From: Methylorubrum extorquens
Lineage (GTDB): Bacteria; Pseudomonadota; Alphaproteobacteria; Rhizobiales; Beijerinckiaceae
NCBI GenBank assembly: GCA_900234795.1
Contig: LT962688.1
Span: forward strand, 1,080,001 to 1,112,000
Length of the DNA: 32,000 nt
Reading direction: 5' to 3'
A program made the position numbers and the translations under genes. Positions 7,250 to 18,285 of the stretch are shown here, in pieces; position 1 is the first letter of the stretch; each line of letters starts with the position of its first letter. Below the pieces are notes generated by a model. The model was not told the origin of the DNA, did not search any database, and worked only from the letters and a program-made list of their open reading frames with translations.

Positions 7250-8235
7250 TCCGGCTCAACCGCATCACCGACATCTCGGGAATCCGCGTCGGCCACGCCG
7301 AGGACGAAAGAATCGCGAGCGGCGTCACCGCGCTCGTGTTCGAACAACCCTTCGTCTGCGCGGTGGACGTGCGCGGCGGCGGCCCCGGCACCCGCGAGAC
7401 CGACCTGCTCGATCCCGCCGCTACGGTGCAGGCGGTCGACGCCCTCGTGCTGGCGGGTGGCTCGGCCTTCGGGCTCGACGCCGCCGCCGGCGTCGTCGCC
7501 CATCTGCGGGAGGTGGGGCGCGGCTTCGCGGTCGGCGACGTGCGCGTGCCGATCGTGCCCGGCGCCATCCTGTTCGACCTGCTCAACGGGGGCGACAAGG
7601 CGTGGGGCCGGTTCCCGCCGTACCGCGAGCTCGGCTACGCGGCGGCGCTCGCCGCGCAGGACGGCGCCTTTGCCCTCGGCTCGGTCGGAGCGGGGCTCGG
7701 AGCGCGCACCGCCAACCTCAAGGGTGGCCTCGGCTCGGCTTCGAGCGCGGTGCCGGGGCTGTCCGCGCAGGTCGGCGCGCTGGTGGCGGTCAATGCCTTC
7801 GGCCGGGTGACGATGGGGCAGGGGGCGCATTTCTGGGCCGCACCGTTCGAGCGCGACGGGGAGTTCGGCGGCCTCGGCCTGCCGCAGCAGGTGCCCGACG
7901 ACGCCCTCTCGTGGCCGCGCGAGCCGCTCCCCGGCGCCAACACCACGCTGGCGGTCGTCGCCACCGATGCGGCGCTCACCAAGGCGCAGGCCAAGCGCCT
8001 CGCCATCGCCGCGCAGGACGGCCTCGCCCGGGCGATCCACCCGGCCCACACGCCGCTCGACGGCGACGTGGTGTTCGCGGTTGCCACCGGCGCGGTGCCG
8101 CTCGGGGATGAGGTGGCCGACCTCGCCCGCCTCGGCGCAGCGGCGGCCGAGACGCTGGCGCGGGCGGTCGCCATCGGCGTCCACGCGGCGACCCGGCTGC
8201 CATGCCTGGACCTACCGGCCTGGCGAGAGCTTTAG
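7246..8235 (+). CDS. P1/S58 family peptidase (DmpA-type aminopeptidase)
   Basis: 329 aa reading ITDISGIRVGHAEDERIASGVTALVF...VDVRGGGPGTRETDLL...DALVLAGGSAFGLDAA...NTTLAVVATDAALTKAQ, the DmpA/ornithine acetyltransferase-fold pattern. Confidence 0.8.
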   Translation: MIRLNRITDISGIRVGHAEDERIASGVTALVFEQPFVCAVDVRGGGPGTRETDLLDPAATVQAVDALVLAGGSAFGLDAAAGVVAHLREVGRGFAVGDVRVPIVPGAILFDLLNGGDKAWGRFPPYRELGYAAALAAQDGAFALGSVGAGLGARTANLKGGLGSASSAVPGLSAQVGALVAVNAFGRVTMGQGAHFWAAPFERDGEFGGLGLPQQVPDDALSWPREPLPGANTTLAVVATDAALTKAQAKRLAIAAQDGLARAIHPAHTPLDGDVVFAVATGAVPLGDEVADLARLGAAAAETLARAVAIGVHAATRLPCLDLPAWREL

Positions 8236-8328
8236 CCGTTCGAGATCCCAAAGGGATCATCCCTTTGGCGGGGCGGCGGGGCAGGGCCCCGCCTTCCCTT
8301 CACCGGGGCTCTGCCCTGGCCCCCCGGA

Positions 8329-10002
8329 TTACAGGTTGGTGTAGTTCGGCCCGCCCGGGCCCTCCGGGGTGACCCAGTTGATGTTCTGGTTCGGGTCCTT
8401 GATGTCGCACGTCTTGCAGTGGACGCAGTTCTGCGCATTGATCTGGAAGCGCACGCCATCGCTGGCGGAGGCATCCTCCACCCACTCGTAGACGCCGGCC
8501 GGGCAGTAGCGGCTCGACGGGCCGCCGTAGACGTCGTGCTCGGACCGCTTCTGCAGCTCCATGTCCTTCACCTTGAGGTGGGGCGGCTGATCCTCCTCGT
8601 GGTTGGTGTTCGACAGATACACCGAGGAGAGCCGATCGAAGGTGAGCTTGCCGTCGGGCTTCGGGTAGGTGATCGGCGTCACCTCGGAGAGGGGTTTGAG
8701 GCAGGCATGGTCCGGCTTGCCGTGGCCCAGCGTCCCGAACAGCGAGGCGTTGGCGATCGTGTTCATCCACATGTCGAGCCCACCGAGCCCCACGCCGACG
8801 AGCGTGCCGTATTTCGACCAGAGCGGCTTGACGTTGCGCACCGGCTTGAGGTCGCGCCCGATCGGGCTGTCGCGCCAGCCCTCCTCGTAGGCGGTCAGCT
8901 CATCGCCCTGACGGCCGGCGACGAGCGCGTCGAAGATCGCGTCCGCCGCCTGGATGCCGGACAGGATCGCGTTGTGCGAGCCCTTGATGCGCGGCACGTT
9001 CACGAAGCCGGCGGAATCGCCGACGAGGCAGCCGCCGGGGAAGACGAGCTTCGGCACCGATTGCCAGCCGCCCTCCATGATCGCGCGGGCGCCGTAGCCG
9101 ATGCGCTTGGCCCCCTCGAAGGTCTCGGCGATCATCGGGTGGGTCTTGAAGCGCTGGAACTCCTCGAACGGCGACAGGGTCGGGTTCTCGTAATTCAGGT
9201 GCGTCACGAAGCCGACCGAGAGCAGATGGTCGTCGAAATGGTAGAGCCACGAGCCGCCGCCCGCCTTGTTCGGCAGCGGCCAGCCCATCGTGTGCTGCAC
9301 CAATCCCGGCTCGAACTTGTTCGGCGCGAGCTGCCACAGCTCCTTGACGCCCAGTCCGTATTTCTGGTGGTCGCTGTTGCGGTTGAGCCCGAACCGCTCG
9401 ATCAGCGTCTTGGTGAGCGAGCCGCGCGCGCCCTCGCCGAACACCGTGTACTTGGCGCGCAGCTCCATACCGCGGGTGAAGTCGTCGCGCGCCTCGCCGG
9501 TGCGGGAGATGCCGAGATCACCCGTGGCGATGCCGGTGACGATGCCGCGCTCGTCGTAGAGCACTTCGGAAGCCGGGAAGCCGGGATAGATCTCGACGCC
9601 GAGACCTTCCGCCTTGGCGCCGAGCCACTTCACGGTGTTCGAGAGCGAACCGACGAAATTACCGTGGTTCGACAGCAGCTTGGGGAAGAACACGTTCGGC
9701 ATGGTGACGCCGCTGTTCTTCGTGAGGAACAGGAACTCGTCGCGCTCCACCGCCGTCTTGAGTGGCCGGTCGGGATCGTCGCGCCACTCGGGCAGCAGCG
9801 TGTCGAGGCCGAGCGGATCGACCACGGCGCCGGAGAGGATGTGCGCGCCGACCTCGCCGCCCTTCTCGACGACGACGACCGAGAGTTCCTCACCCTTCTC
9901 CGCGGAGAGCTGCTTGAGGCGGATCGCGGCGGCGAGGCCGGCGGGTCCCGCGCCGACGATCACCACGTCGAAATCCATGCCTTCGCGTTCGGGCAGCGCC
10001 AT
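8329..10002 (-). CDS. Electron-transfer flavoprotein-ubiquinone oxidoreductase (ETF-QO)
   Basis: The track ORF extends to 10389, but homology starts at MALPEREGMDFDVVIVGAGPAGLAAAIRLKQL (ATG at 10002, AGGAGG 7 nt upstream). The C-terminal 4Fe-4S motif is CPAGVYEW...NAQNCVHCKTCDIKDP. Length is about 557 aa. Confidence 0.9.
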   Translation of the reverse strand: MALPEREGMDFDVVIVGAGPAGLAAAIRLKQLSAEKGEELSVVVVEKGGEVGAHILSGAVVDPLGLDTLLPEWRDDPDRPLKTAVERDEFLFLTKNSGVTMPNVFFPKLLSNHGNFVGSLSNTVKWLGAKAEGLGVEIYPGFPASEVLYDERGIVTGIATGDLGISRTGEARDDFTRGMELRAKYTVFGEGARGSLTKTLIERFGLNRNSDHQKYGLGVKELWQLAPNKFEPGLVQHTMGWPLPNKAGGGSWLYHFDDHLLSVGFVTHLNYENPTLSPFEEFQRFKTHPMIAETFEGAKRIGYGARAIMEGGWQSVPKLVFPGGCLVGDSAGFVNVPRIKGSHNAILSGIQAADAIFDALVAGRQGDELTAYEEGWRDSPIGRDLKPVRNVKPLWSKYGTLVGVGLGGLDMWMNTIANASLFGTLGHGKPDHACLKPLSEVTPITYPKPDGKLTFDRLSSVYLSNTNHEEDQPPHLKVKDMELQKRSEHDVYGGPSSRYCPAGVYEWVEDASASDGVRFQINAQNCVHCKTCDIKDPNQNINWVTPEGPGGPNYTNL

Positions 10003-10213
10003 CCTCATTCCTCCTGCGGCCGTTCGGGCATCGGGCGCCGCTCCGGCTCGATTCATTGTCAAGATGTCTCTCAAGCGATTCCAAGGTAAGAAGGCAAGGC
10101 CGTTCGGGTAGCGGCAGGCAGGCGCAGGGGGATGCCAGGGGCATGCGGAGGGCACACGTGCGACGATCCGCAGGACGCATCCGGGCGTTGTCCACAGGTC
10201 GCTCCCACGCCAC

Positions 10214-11227
10214 ATGGAAACGATGACGGCAAACCACGCGGATACCGACGCCAGAGGCGACCTGATCTCCTTCCTCGACTTCCATGTCGCGGCAGGCGTC
10301 GACGCGGTCCTCGACGAGCAGCCCCACGACCGCTTCGCCGAGGCCGAGTCCGTTCGAGCTGACGCCGCCTCGCAGGCCGAGCCGGCCACGCGCCGCGAGC
10401 CCCTTGAACCGCGCCGCGAGCCCCTTGAACCACGCCGTGAGCCGCTCGAAGCGCGCCGCGAGCCCCTTCCACCGCGCAGCGAGCCGGCGCAGCGTGACGC
10501 CCCCTCCGCGGAAGAGCCGCCCCTGGCGTTCCGGCGTGAGCTGCCGAGCCGCGACGCGCCCGCGCGCGAGCCCCCCCGTACCTATGGCAACGCGGCCGGC
10601 GCCAAGCCCGGCGAGGCGGCGGACGATGCGCGGGCACGGGCCGCGCAGATGAAGACCCTCGACGAACTGGAAGAGCTGCTGCGCGGCTTCGAGGGCTGCG
10701 GCCTGCGCTTCACTGCCAAGAACCTCGTCTTCGCCGACGGCAATCCGCAAGCGCGGGTGATGTTCGTCGGCGAGGCACCGGGGGCCGACGAGGACCGGAT
10801 CGGCAAGCCGTTCATGGGACGCTCCGGCCAGCTCCTCGACCGGATGATGGCGGCGATCGGTCTCGACCGGACGAGCGCCTACATCTCCAACGTCGTGCCC
10901 TGGCGCCCGCCGGGCAACCGCAACCCGACCCCGCAGGAGATCTCGATCTGCCGCCCCTTCGTCGAGCGCCAGATCGAACTCGCCAACCCCGACATCCTCG
11001 TCTGTCTCGGCGCGCCCGCGACGCAGACGCTGACCGGCACCAAGGACGGCATCCTCAAGGCGCGCGGACGCTTCTACCCGTATCGCCTCGGCGACGGCCG
11101 CGAGATCCGGGCGCTCGCCACCCTCCATCCGGCCTACCTGCTGCGCCAGCCGGTGCAGAAGCGCCTCGCCTGGCGCGACTTCCGCATGCTGAAGAGCGCC
11201 CTCGACGGGAGCGCCGCGGGCAAGTAG
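10214..11227 (+). CDS. Family-4 uracil-DNA glycosylase with long N-terminal extension
   Basis: C-terminal domain VMFVGEAPGADEDRIGKPFMGRSGQLLDRMM...NVVPWRPPGNRNPT...ILVCLGAPATQ...HPAYLLRQP is typical family-4 UDG. The N-terminal ~150 aa are low complexity and include a heptad repeat. Confidence 0.85.
   Translation: METMTANHADTDARGDLISFLDFHVAAGVDAVLDEQPHDRFAEAESVRADAASQAEPATRREPLEPRREPLEPRREPLEARREPLPPRSEPAQRDAPSAEEPPLAFRRELPSRDAPAREPPRTYGNAAGAKPGEAADDARARAAQMKTLDELEELLRGFEGCGLRFTAKNLVFADGNPQARVMFVGEAPGADEDRIGKPFMGRSGQLLDRMMAAIGLDRTSAYISNVVPWRPPGNRNPTPQEISICRPFVERQIELANPDILVCLGAPATQTLTGTKDGILKARGRFYPYRLGDGREIRALATLHPAYLLRQPVQKRLAWRDFRMLKSALDGSAAGK
10391..10495 (+). repeat. 21-bp tandem repeat (about 5 units) inside the UDG gene, encoding RREPLEP heptads
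   Basis: Units cgccgcgagccccttgaaccg at 10391, 10412, 10433 (diverged), 10454 and 10475 (diverged). Translation: REPLEPRREPLEPRREPLEARREPLPPRSEP. Confidence 0.85.
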
Positions 11228-11332
11228 GCGGGGGGCGGCTCAAGCGGAACCGTATCCTCCGCCTCGCCATTCTAGAAATCAGGTCCGGAATCCCGATGAG
11301 GCCGGGCGAGACGCGGGGCGGCGGGAGACTTT

Positions 11333-12238
11333 ATGCGCTGGGACGATTTTCGCGCCTCTGAGAACGTCGAAGACCGGCGCGGCGAGGGCGGCGGCGGGGG
11401 CGGCTTCCCCGGCGGCGGCATGGGCGGCCTCGGCATCGGCACGATCGTCGTCGTGCTGCTGATCTCCTGGGTCACCGGCATCAACCCGGCGATTCTGCTC
11501 GGCGGCGCGCAGCAGATGACCGGCGGCGGGCAGCAGCGCGAGCAGCGGGTCGATCCCGAGACGCAGGCCCGGCGCGGCGAGGCGCCGACCGATCGCGCCG
11601 GCCAGTTCGCCTCGAAGATCCTCGGCAACACCGAAGATGTGTGGAACGAGATTCTGCCGAACCAGACCGGGCGGCCATACAAGCCGACGACGATGGTGCT
11701 CTACCAGGGCGGCACCCGTTCGGGATGCGGCATGGCCCAGGCCGCGATGGGGCCGTTCTACTGCCCGCTCGACAAGAAGGTCTATATCGACCTCGGCTTC
11801 TTCAAGGAGATGCAGACCAAGTTCGGCGTGAAGGGCGATTTCGCCTATGCCTACGTCATCGCCCACGAGGTCGGCCACCACGTGCAGGACGTGCTCGGCA
11901 TCCTCGGCAAGGTGCAGAGCCGCCAGCAGAACGCGAGCAGCAAGACGGAAGCGAACCAGCTCTCCGTGCGCGTCGAGCTGATGGCCGACTGCCTCGCCGG
12001 CGTCTGGGCCAAGAACTCGAACGACCGCTGGAACGCCCTCGACCAGAACGACATCAAGGAGGCGCTCAACGCCGCCAGCGCCATCGGCGACGACAAGCTG
12101 CAGGAAAAGTCGCAAGGCTACGCCGTGCCGGATTCCTTCACCCACGGCTCCTCCGAGCAGCGGATGCGCTGGTTCATGACCGGCTACAAGAGCGGCCAGA
12201 CCAAGTCCTGCGACACCTTCCGCGCCAGCCGCGGCTGA
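11333..12238 (+). CDS. ypfJ: Neutral zinc metallopeptidase, YpfJ family
   Basis: 301 aa. Family-typical N-terminus MRWDDFRASENVEDRRG, then a Gly-rich linker, a TM helix, and the HEVGHHVQ zinc motif. Confidence 0.85.
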   Translation: MRWDDFRASENVEDRRGEGGGGGGFPGGGMGGLGIGTIVVVLLISWVTGINPAILLGGAQQMTGGGQQREQRVDPETQARRGEAPTDRAGQFASKILGNTEDVWNEILPNQTGRPYKPTTMVLYQGGTRSGCGMAQAAMGPFYCPLDKKVYIDLGFFKEMQTKFGVKGDFAYAYVIAHEVGHHVQDVLGILGKVQSRQQNASSKTEANQLSVRVELMADCLAGVWAKNSNDRWNALDQNDIKEALNAASAIGDDKLQEKSQGYAVPDSFTHGSSEQRMRWFMTGYKSGQTKSCDTFRASRG

Positions 12239-12265
12239 TCTTTTTTGGAACTTGGGAAGGCGGAT

Positions 12266-12829
12266 ATGGCCGAGACCGCGCGCGAGCTGATGCTCGCCGG
12301 AAAGCCCTATCGCGGCGACGATCCGGAACTGATCGCGCTTCGCAACGCCGCCAAGCGGCGGCTCCTGCGGCTCAACGCCATGGAGCCCGAGGATGCGGCC
12401 GGCCGCGAGGCGGTGATCCGCGAGCTTCTCGGATCGGCGGGACGCAACCCGACGATCTGCCCCGGATTCGCCTGCGACTACGGCGGCAACATCACGGTCG
12501 GCGACGACTTCTTCTGCAACTTCAACTGCGTCTTCCTCGACTGCGCCCCGATCACCATCGGCCACCGCGCGCAGATCGCCCCGATGGTGCAGCTCTACAC
12601 CGCCGAGCACCCGCTCGACCGCGCCGCGCGGGCCGCGTTCTGGGAGTCGGCCCGGCCCATCACCATCGGCGACGACGTATGGATCGGCGGCGGCGCGATC
12701 GTGCTGCCCGGCATCACCGTCGGCGACGGGGCGGTGATCGGCGCGGGCGCGGTGGTGACCCGCGACGTGGCGCCCTACGCGGTCGTGGCGGGAAACCCGG
12801 CAAAGGTCGTGAAGTGGACGAAGGAGTGA
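12266..12829 (+). CDS. Sugar (maltose/galactoside-type) O-acetyltransferase, hexapeptide-repeat family
   Basis: [26 protein letters not shown]... N-terminal Mac domain, then left-handed beta-helix repeats ([37 protein letters not shown]). ATG at 12266 with GGGAAGG upstream is preferred over the track start at 12245. Confidence 0.8.
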   Translation: MAETARELMLAGKPYRGDDPELIALRNAAKRRLLRLNAMEPEDAAGREAVIRELLGSAGRNPTICPGFACDYGGNITVGDDFFCNFNCVFLDCAPITIGHRAQIAPMVQLYTAEHPLDRAARAAFWESARPITIGDDVWIGGGAIVLPGITVGDGAVIGAGAVVTRDVAPYAVVAGNPAKVVKWTKE

Positions 12830-12863
12830 CCTCAACGGACAGCGGAGACAGCGGTGCTGCGCG

Positions 12864-13610
12864 CTACTCCACCCGTACCCAGCCCTGAGGCATCAGCCGC
12901 TCCTGCGGCTTGAACTTGGCCTTGTAGTCCATCTTGCGGGAGCCATCGACCCAGTAGCCGAGATACAGATACGGCAGGCCGAGGGCGCGGGCCCGGCGGA
13001 TGTGGTCGAGGATCATGTAGGTACCGAGGCTGCGGCTCGCCTCGTCGGGATCGTAGAACGAGTAGACCATCGACAGGCCGTCGGCGAGAACGTCGGTGAG
13101 GCAGACTGCGACGGGCGCGCCGACGCCGCGGCCGTGGATCGCGCTGTCGGGGCCGCGCTCGCGGTAGACCACGAGATGCGTGTCGACGTGGCTGTCCTCG
13201 ATCATCATCGCGTAGTCGAGCACCGTCATGTCGACCATGCCGCCATCGCCGTGGCGGGCATCGAGATAGCGGCGGAACAGGGCGTATTGCTCGGAGGCCG
13301 GACGGTTGGGCTCCGGCGTGCCGATGAGTTCGGCATTGCGCTGGAGGATGCGCCGCTGGCTCCCGGTGATGGCGAAATCCTCCACCACCACCCGCACCGA
13401 GACGCAGGCGCGGCAGGTCTCGCAGGCCGGGCGGTAGGCGATGGTCTGCGAACGGCGGAAGCCGCCCTGGGTCAGGATCTCGTTGAGGTCCCGGGCCCGC
13501 CGCCCCACGAGGTGGGTGAACACCTTCCGCTCCTCCTGGCCCGGCAGGTAGGGGCAAGGGGAGGGCGCCGTCAGGTAGAACTGCGGTGTGTCGCGCGGAT
13601 GGCTCGTCAC
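12864..13610 (-). CDS. bpt: Arginyl/aspartyl-glutamyl leucyl-tRNA--protein transferase (Bpt, ATE family)
   Basis: [23 protein letters not shown]...[25 protein letters not shown]...[10 protein letters not shown] are hallmark Bpt motifs. The start is placed at GTG 13610 ([12 protein letters not shown]) by family N-terminus. The track ORF runs on to 13736. Confidence 0.8.
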
Positions 13611-13748
13611 GCTGGGTAGGCTCGCCCTCGGGGCCACGGCATCGAACGCTGGCCCCGCAGCCAATGTAACGGGATCGTCGCGGGGCTCAACCGGATTGAT
13701 GGGTATGACGCCGGCTTTCCGCCGCCATCCCCTCACCCGAACGGGGGA

Positions 13749-14243
13749 TCAGTCGCGCACGACGGCCAGACCGAGCAGCAGGTCGTGGCCGAGACGCCGG
13801 TCGGAGCGGACGAGGCCGAACACCACGTCGATGCACCAGAGCAGGAAGGTCGAGATCGCCACGTAGAACAGCAGCGCGTGGATGCCCGCGGTCAGGAAAT
13901 CCACCGGACGCCCGCTCTCGGGCGCCACCACGCGCAGGCCGAGCATGCGCATCCCGAGGGTGCTCTGCTTGGGACCGCCCACCGTGATCGCGCTGTAGAG
14001 GATGCCGCTGACGCCGAGGATCGGGAACAGCATCCAGGCGAAGCCGAAGGTCAGCACGCCGAGGATCGCGATCGCCGTGGCGAGCACGGCCGTGAACACG
14101 AAGATGAAGGCGAGATCGAGCAGGTAGGCGACCGTACGCCCGCCGAGGCTCGCCCGCACATACGGCACGGGGAACCCACCCTGGCCCGGCATGCCCGTCG
14201 GGTTGGTGTAGCCGGGGTGATAACCGGGCTGAAAATCCGTCAT
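13749..14243 (-). CDS. RDD-family membrane protein
   Basis: MTDFQPGYHPGYTNPTG... then RTVAYLLDLAFIFVF and several TM helices, ending ...RSDRRLGHDLLLGLAVV, consistent with an RDD domain. The ATG is at 14243. Confidence 0.7.
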   Translation of the reverse strand: MTDFQPGYHPGYTNPTGMPGQGGFPVPYVRASLGGRTVAYLLDLAFIFVFTAVLATAIAILGVLTFGFAWMLFPILGVSGILYSAITVGGPKQSTLGMRMLGLRVVAPESGRPVDFLTAGIHALLFYVAISTFLLWCIDVVFGLVRSDRRLGHDLLLGLAVVRD

Positions 14244-14356
14244 GGCCGCCGCTTCCTCGACCGTTGCGTGCACGTTCGAACAAGTGGGGAGACGGTGGGG
14301 CGCTGCCAAGAGCCGTGCCGCGAGGCCCAGCGACGCCTCGATGTCCGACCTCGCCC

Positions 14357-14758
14357 TCACCGGGCCCCCGGATCGGCGGCCTCGGCCTCGGGCGTCGTCA
14401 GGTAGTAGCGCCTGAGCAGGTAGAGCGAGGCGCCGTTCACCGGCCCTTGCTCGGTCGTCACCGCGCTGAGGTCGTCGCCGGCATCGAAATGGCAGACGAG
14501 GAAGCGGGGCCGGGTCGCCTCGGCCTTGGCGAGCGCGCCGGTGCCGCCCACGAGGCGGTAATCGACCCGCACGCTGCCGCGGCTCGCGCCCGATCCCACC
14601 CGCAACAGGTCGATCTCGGCGCCGGGCGGGGCGAGCGCCGGCACCGCCCGGCGGCAGAGCGTCGCCCGGCGCGCGTCGAGCGCCGTGTCGCAGCCGAACC
14701 CGGCCGCGAGCCAGAGGATGACGGCGCCCGCCAGCGCCGCCCGCTCAATGCGGACCAC
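14357..14758 (-). CDS. Hypothetical lipoprotein (133 aa)
   Basis: GTG start. Signal peptide with a lipobox-like LAAGFGC. It lies immediately downstream of hemB on the same strand. No family was recognised. Confidence 0.5.
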   Translation of the reverse strand: MVRIERAALAGAVILWLAAGFGCDTALDARRATLCRRAVPALAPPGAEIDLLRVGSGASRGSVRVDYRLVGGTGALAKAEATRPRFLVCHFDAGDDLSAVTTEQGPVNGASLYLLRRYYLTTPEAEAADPGAR

Positions 14759-14783
14759 GGTCGTCGCGCCTGGGATCGGCCCG

Positions 14784-15926
<1,143 letters not shown>

Positions 15927-16499
15927 TCAAAGCCAGGCTCGACCGCAAGCCCGGCGGCGATGGCTCGGGGCGGGCATTCCGGATTCGCATCCCCGGCAAC
16001 CCTCCCGCGGCCGGGGGTTTGCCCCAAGACGAAGGGGTGAGGAAAGCGCCCCGGAACGCGCGGCCACCGACGATGCTCGAGCCTCTCGCCCTTGCATCGT
16101 CTACGCGGACAGGCCGGTTTCCACCTTTTCGGGCCGTGCCCTAGCACATCCGAATTCGGGCTCGAAAGGTGCCGTTGCCGCAGGCCGCCGAATGCGACCG
16201 GCTCCGTCCCGAGGCCCACCTGCCGGACGACGGAGCGCGCCCGAACGGCGCCGGGAGAGAAGCCCCCGCGCGTGCGGATCCTGTCGAAGGGCCCGTTTCC
16301 CGAGGAGCCTCGTGAGGCGGTCGATACGGTGCGGCGCCGTCGGCACGCCCCGCGTTGACGCCCCACCCGGGACTTCGTCTAAGAGGGCCGCGCCATGTCC
16401 CTGGGCGCAAAGCCTCCGGGCATAGGGCCCGGCTTCGAAACGGCGGGCATCCGCTCGGGTGACGATGCGGCGGAGGGGAGCGCGGCGGTGGAGCGCGGA

Positions 16500-17660
16500 A
16501 TGTCGGGTGGGCAACAGGCCTTGAAGCAAGGGGCATTGCAACGGGACGTGCGCGAGCCGTCGGCCGAACCCGAGATCGTGTTCGAGACCCGCGGCGAAGC
16601 CGGGCTGATCACCCTGACACGGCCGAAGGCGCTCAACGCCCTCACCCTGCCGATGGTGGAGGCGATGCACCGGCAGCTCCGGGCCTGGGCAGGGGATGCG
16701 CGGGTCAGCCGGATCGTGGTGCGCGGCGCGGGCGGGCGCGCCTTCTGCGCGGGCGGCGACATCCGCCAGATCCACGCCCTCGGCAAGGCCGGGCGCCATG
16801 CCGACGTGATGGCGTTCTGGCGCGGGGAATACTGGCTCGACGCCGCCGTGAAGTCCTACCCGAAGCCCTACATCGCCCTGATCGAAGGGATCGTGATGGG
16901 CGGCGGCGTCGGCATCTCGCTGCACGGCGACGTACGGGTGGCGGCCGAGAACTACAGCTTCGCCATGCCCGAGACCGGCATCGGCTTCTTCCCCGATGTC
17001 GGCGCGACCTACGCCCTGCCGCGCCTGCCCGGCTGCACCGGGCGCTACCTCGCGCTGACGGGCGCACGGATCGGCGCGGGCGACGCGCTCGCCGTCGGCC
17101 TCGCGACCCACGCGGCGCGGGCGGAGGATTTCGAGACCCTCATCGAGCGGCTGGCGGGGGGAAGGGCGATCGCCCGCGCCTTCGACGGCCTCGATGCGCC
17201 GGGGACGGAGACCGGGCCCCTCGTCGCCGAGCGGGCGCTGATCGACGCGTGCTTCTCCGCCGACACCGTCACGGAGGTGCTCGCCCGGCTCGACGCGGCG
17301 GCGCGGGACGGTTCCGCCTTTGCCGGCGCGACCGCGGCGACGATCCGCACCCGCTCGCCCACCAGCCTGACCATCGCCCTGGCGCAGATGCGCCGCGGGG
17401 CCGACTTGAGCTTTGCCGAAGCGATGCTCGCCGAGTATCGGCTGTGCGAGCGGGTGATGCGCGGGCACGATTTCTACGAGGGTGTGCGGGCAGTGATCAT
17501 CGACAAGGACAACCGGCCGGCCTGGCAGCCCGCGACCCTGGATGCGGTCGATGCCGGGGCGATCGAGGCCGCCTTCGGCCCGCTCGACGGCCCCGAGCCG
17601 CGCTTCGACGGCAGCCAGGGCCCGCCTGAGGCGGCGCCCGCCGCAGAGGCCCGGCCGTGA
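16500..17660 (+). CDS. Enoyl-CoA hydratase/isomerase family protein, 3-hydroxyisobutyryl-CoA hydrolase-like
   Basis: LITLTRPKALNALTLPMVEAM...RAFCAGGDIRQI...YIALIEGIVMGGGVGIS...MPETGIGFFPDVGATY, with an ECH_2-type C-terminal domain. The start is uncertain: ATG 16500 is preferred, and 16395 is possible. Confidence 0.8.
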   Translation: MSGGQQALKQGALQRDVREPSAEPEIVFETRGEAGLITLTRPKALNALTLPMVEAMHRQLRAWAGDARVSRIVVRGAGGRAFCAGGDIRQIHALGKAGRHADVMAFWRGEYWLDAAVKSYPKPYIALIEGIVMGGGVGISLHGDVRVAAENYSFAMPETGIGFFPDVGATYALPRLPGCTGRYLALTGARIGAGDALAVGLATHAARAEDFETLIERLAGGRAIARAFDGLDAPGTETGPLVAERALIDACFSADTVTEVLARLDAAARDGSAFAGATAATIRTRSPTSLTIALAQMRRGADLSFAEAMLAEYRLCERVMRGHDFYEGVRAVIIDKDNRPAWQPATLDAVDAGAIEAAFGPLDGPEPRFDGSQGPPEAAPAAEARP

Positions 17661-18124
17661 GGGCGCTCGCCAAGGTCGGCTCGACCCTCGACGGGCGCGG
17701 ACGCCCGAGCGCCGGAGCCGGCGACCGCATCGAGGGCACCGCGCCGCGGGCGCAGACCCGCTGGGACGTGGTGCTGGTCTGGTTCATGCGCATCACCGCG
17801 CTGGTCTGGCTGGTCAAGGGCCTCGCGACCTGGGGCGAGATCCTCGACCTGATTCCCGACCGGACGCCGTTCGCCGAACTGCCGATGGGACGCCAATCGG
17901 CGATCGTCTACTTCGCGGTGATCGACTTCGTGGCCGCGGTCGGCCTGTGGCTGACGAGCGCCTGGGGCGGCGTGGTCTGGCTGCTCGCCGCGACCTCGGC
18001 CCTGACGCTGGCGCTGCTGACGCCGCAGCTCCTGCCGATGCCGGTGCCGGTGATCGCAGTGCAGGCAAGCATTGTCGCCATTTACTTCGTGTTATCCTGG
18101 CTGGCGGCGCGCGATGTAGGCTGA
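17657..18124 (+). CDS. Conserved hypothetical integral membrane protein (about 4 TM helices)
   Basis: The GTG start overlaps the upstream stop codon (GTGA). Hydrophobic segments include VLVWFMRITALVWLVKGL, AIVYFAVIDFVAAVGLWL and VVWLLAATSALTLALL. No family name is assigned with confidence. Confidence 0.55.
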   Translation: MRALAKVGSTLDGRGRPSAGAGDRIEGTAPRAQTRWDVVLVWFMRITALVWLVKGLATWGEILDLIPDRTPFAELPMGRQSAIVYFAVIDFVAAVGLWLTSAWGGVVWLLAATSALTLALLTPQLLPMPVPVIAVQASIVAIYFVLSWLAARDVG

Positions 18125-18155
18125 ACAAGAGGTCGACATTATCGTTTCATTTTGC

Positions 18156-18175
18156 ATTTACCGACAGAAGTAAAT
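18156..18175. promoter_or_regulatory. Candidate operator palindrome ATTTAC-N8-GTAAAT upstream of the MarR-family gene
   Basis: 6-bp inverted arms at 18156-18161 and 18170-18175 lie in an unusually AT-rich 160-bp intergenic region. MarR regulators commonly autoregulate through palindromes. This is inference only. Confidence 0.3.
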
Positions 18176-18285
18176 CGCGAGTTCATCCTGTCGCTTAAAT
18201 CGGCTTTCATCGGTGCGGCTTAGGTTCACCTCATAAGCGATGCCGGCCAGCAAGAGCCGGACCGAACCGACAGGAAGGCACCACG

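Noticed and set aside
16039-16046. gaggaaag resembling the RNase P RNA GAGGAAAGUCC motif, and a GGGAGACCGG segment (15884-15893) resembling a cobalamin-riboswitch B12 box.
   Set aside because: Only the short cores match. The surrounding conserved helices and sequences of RNase P RNA or the cobalamin riboswitch are absent, and the genomic context (hemB/hydrolase) does not fit.
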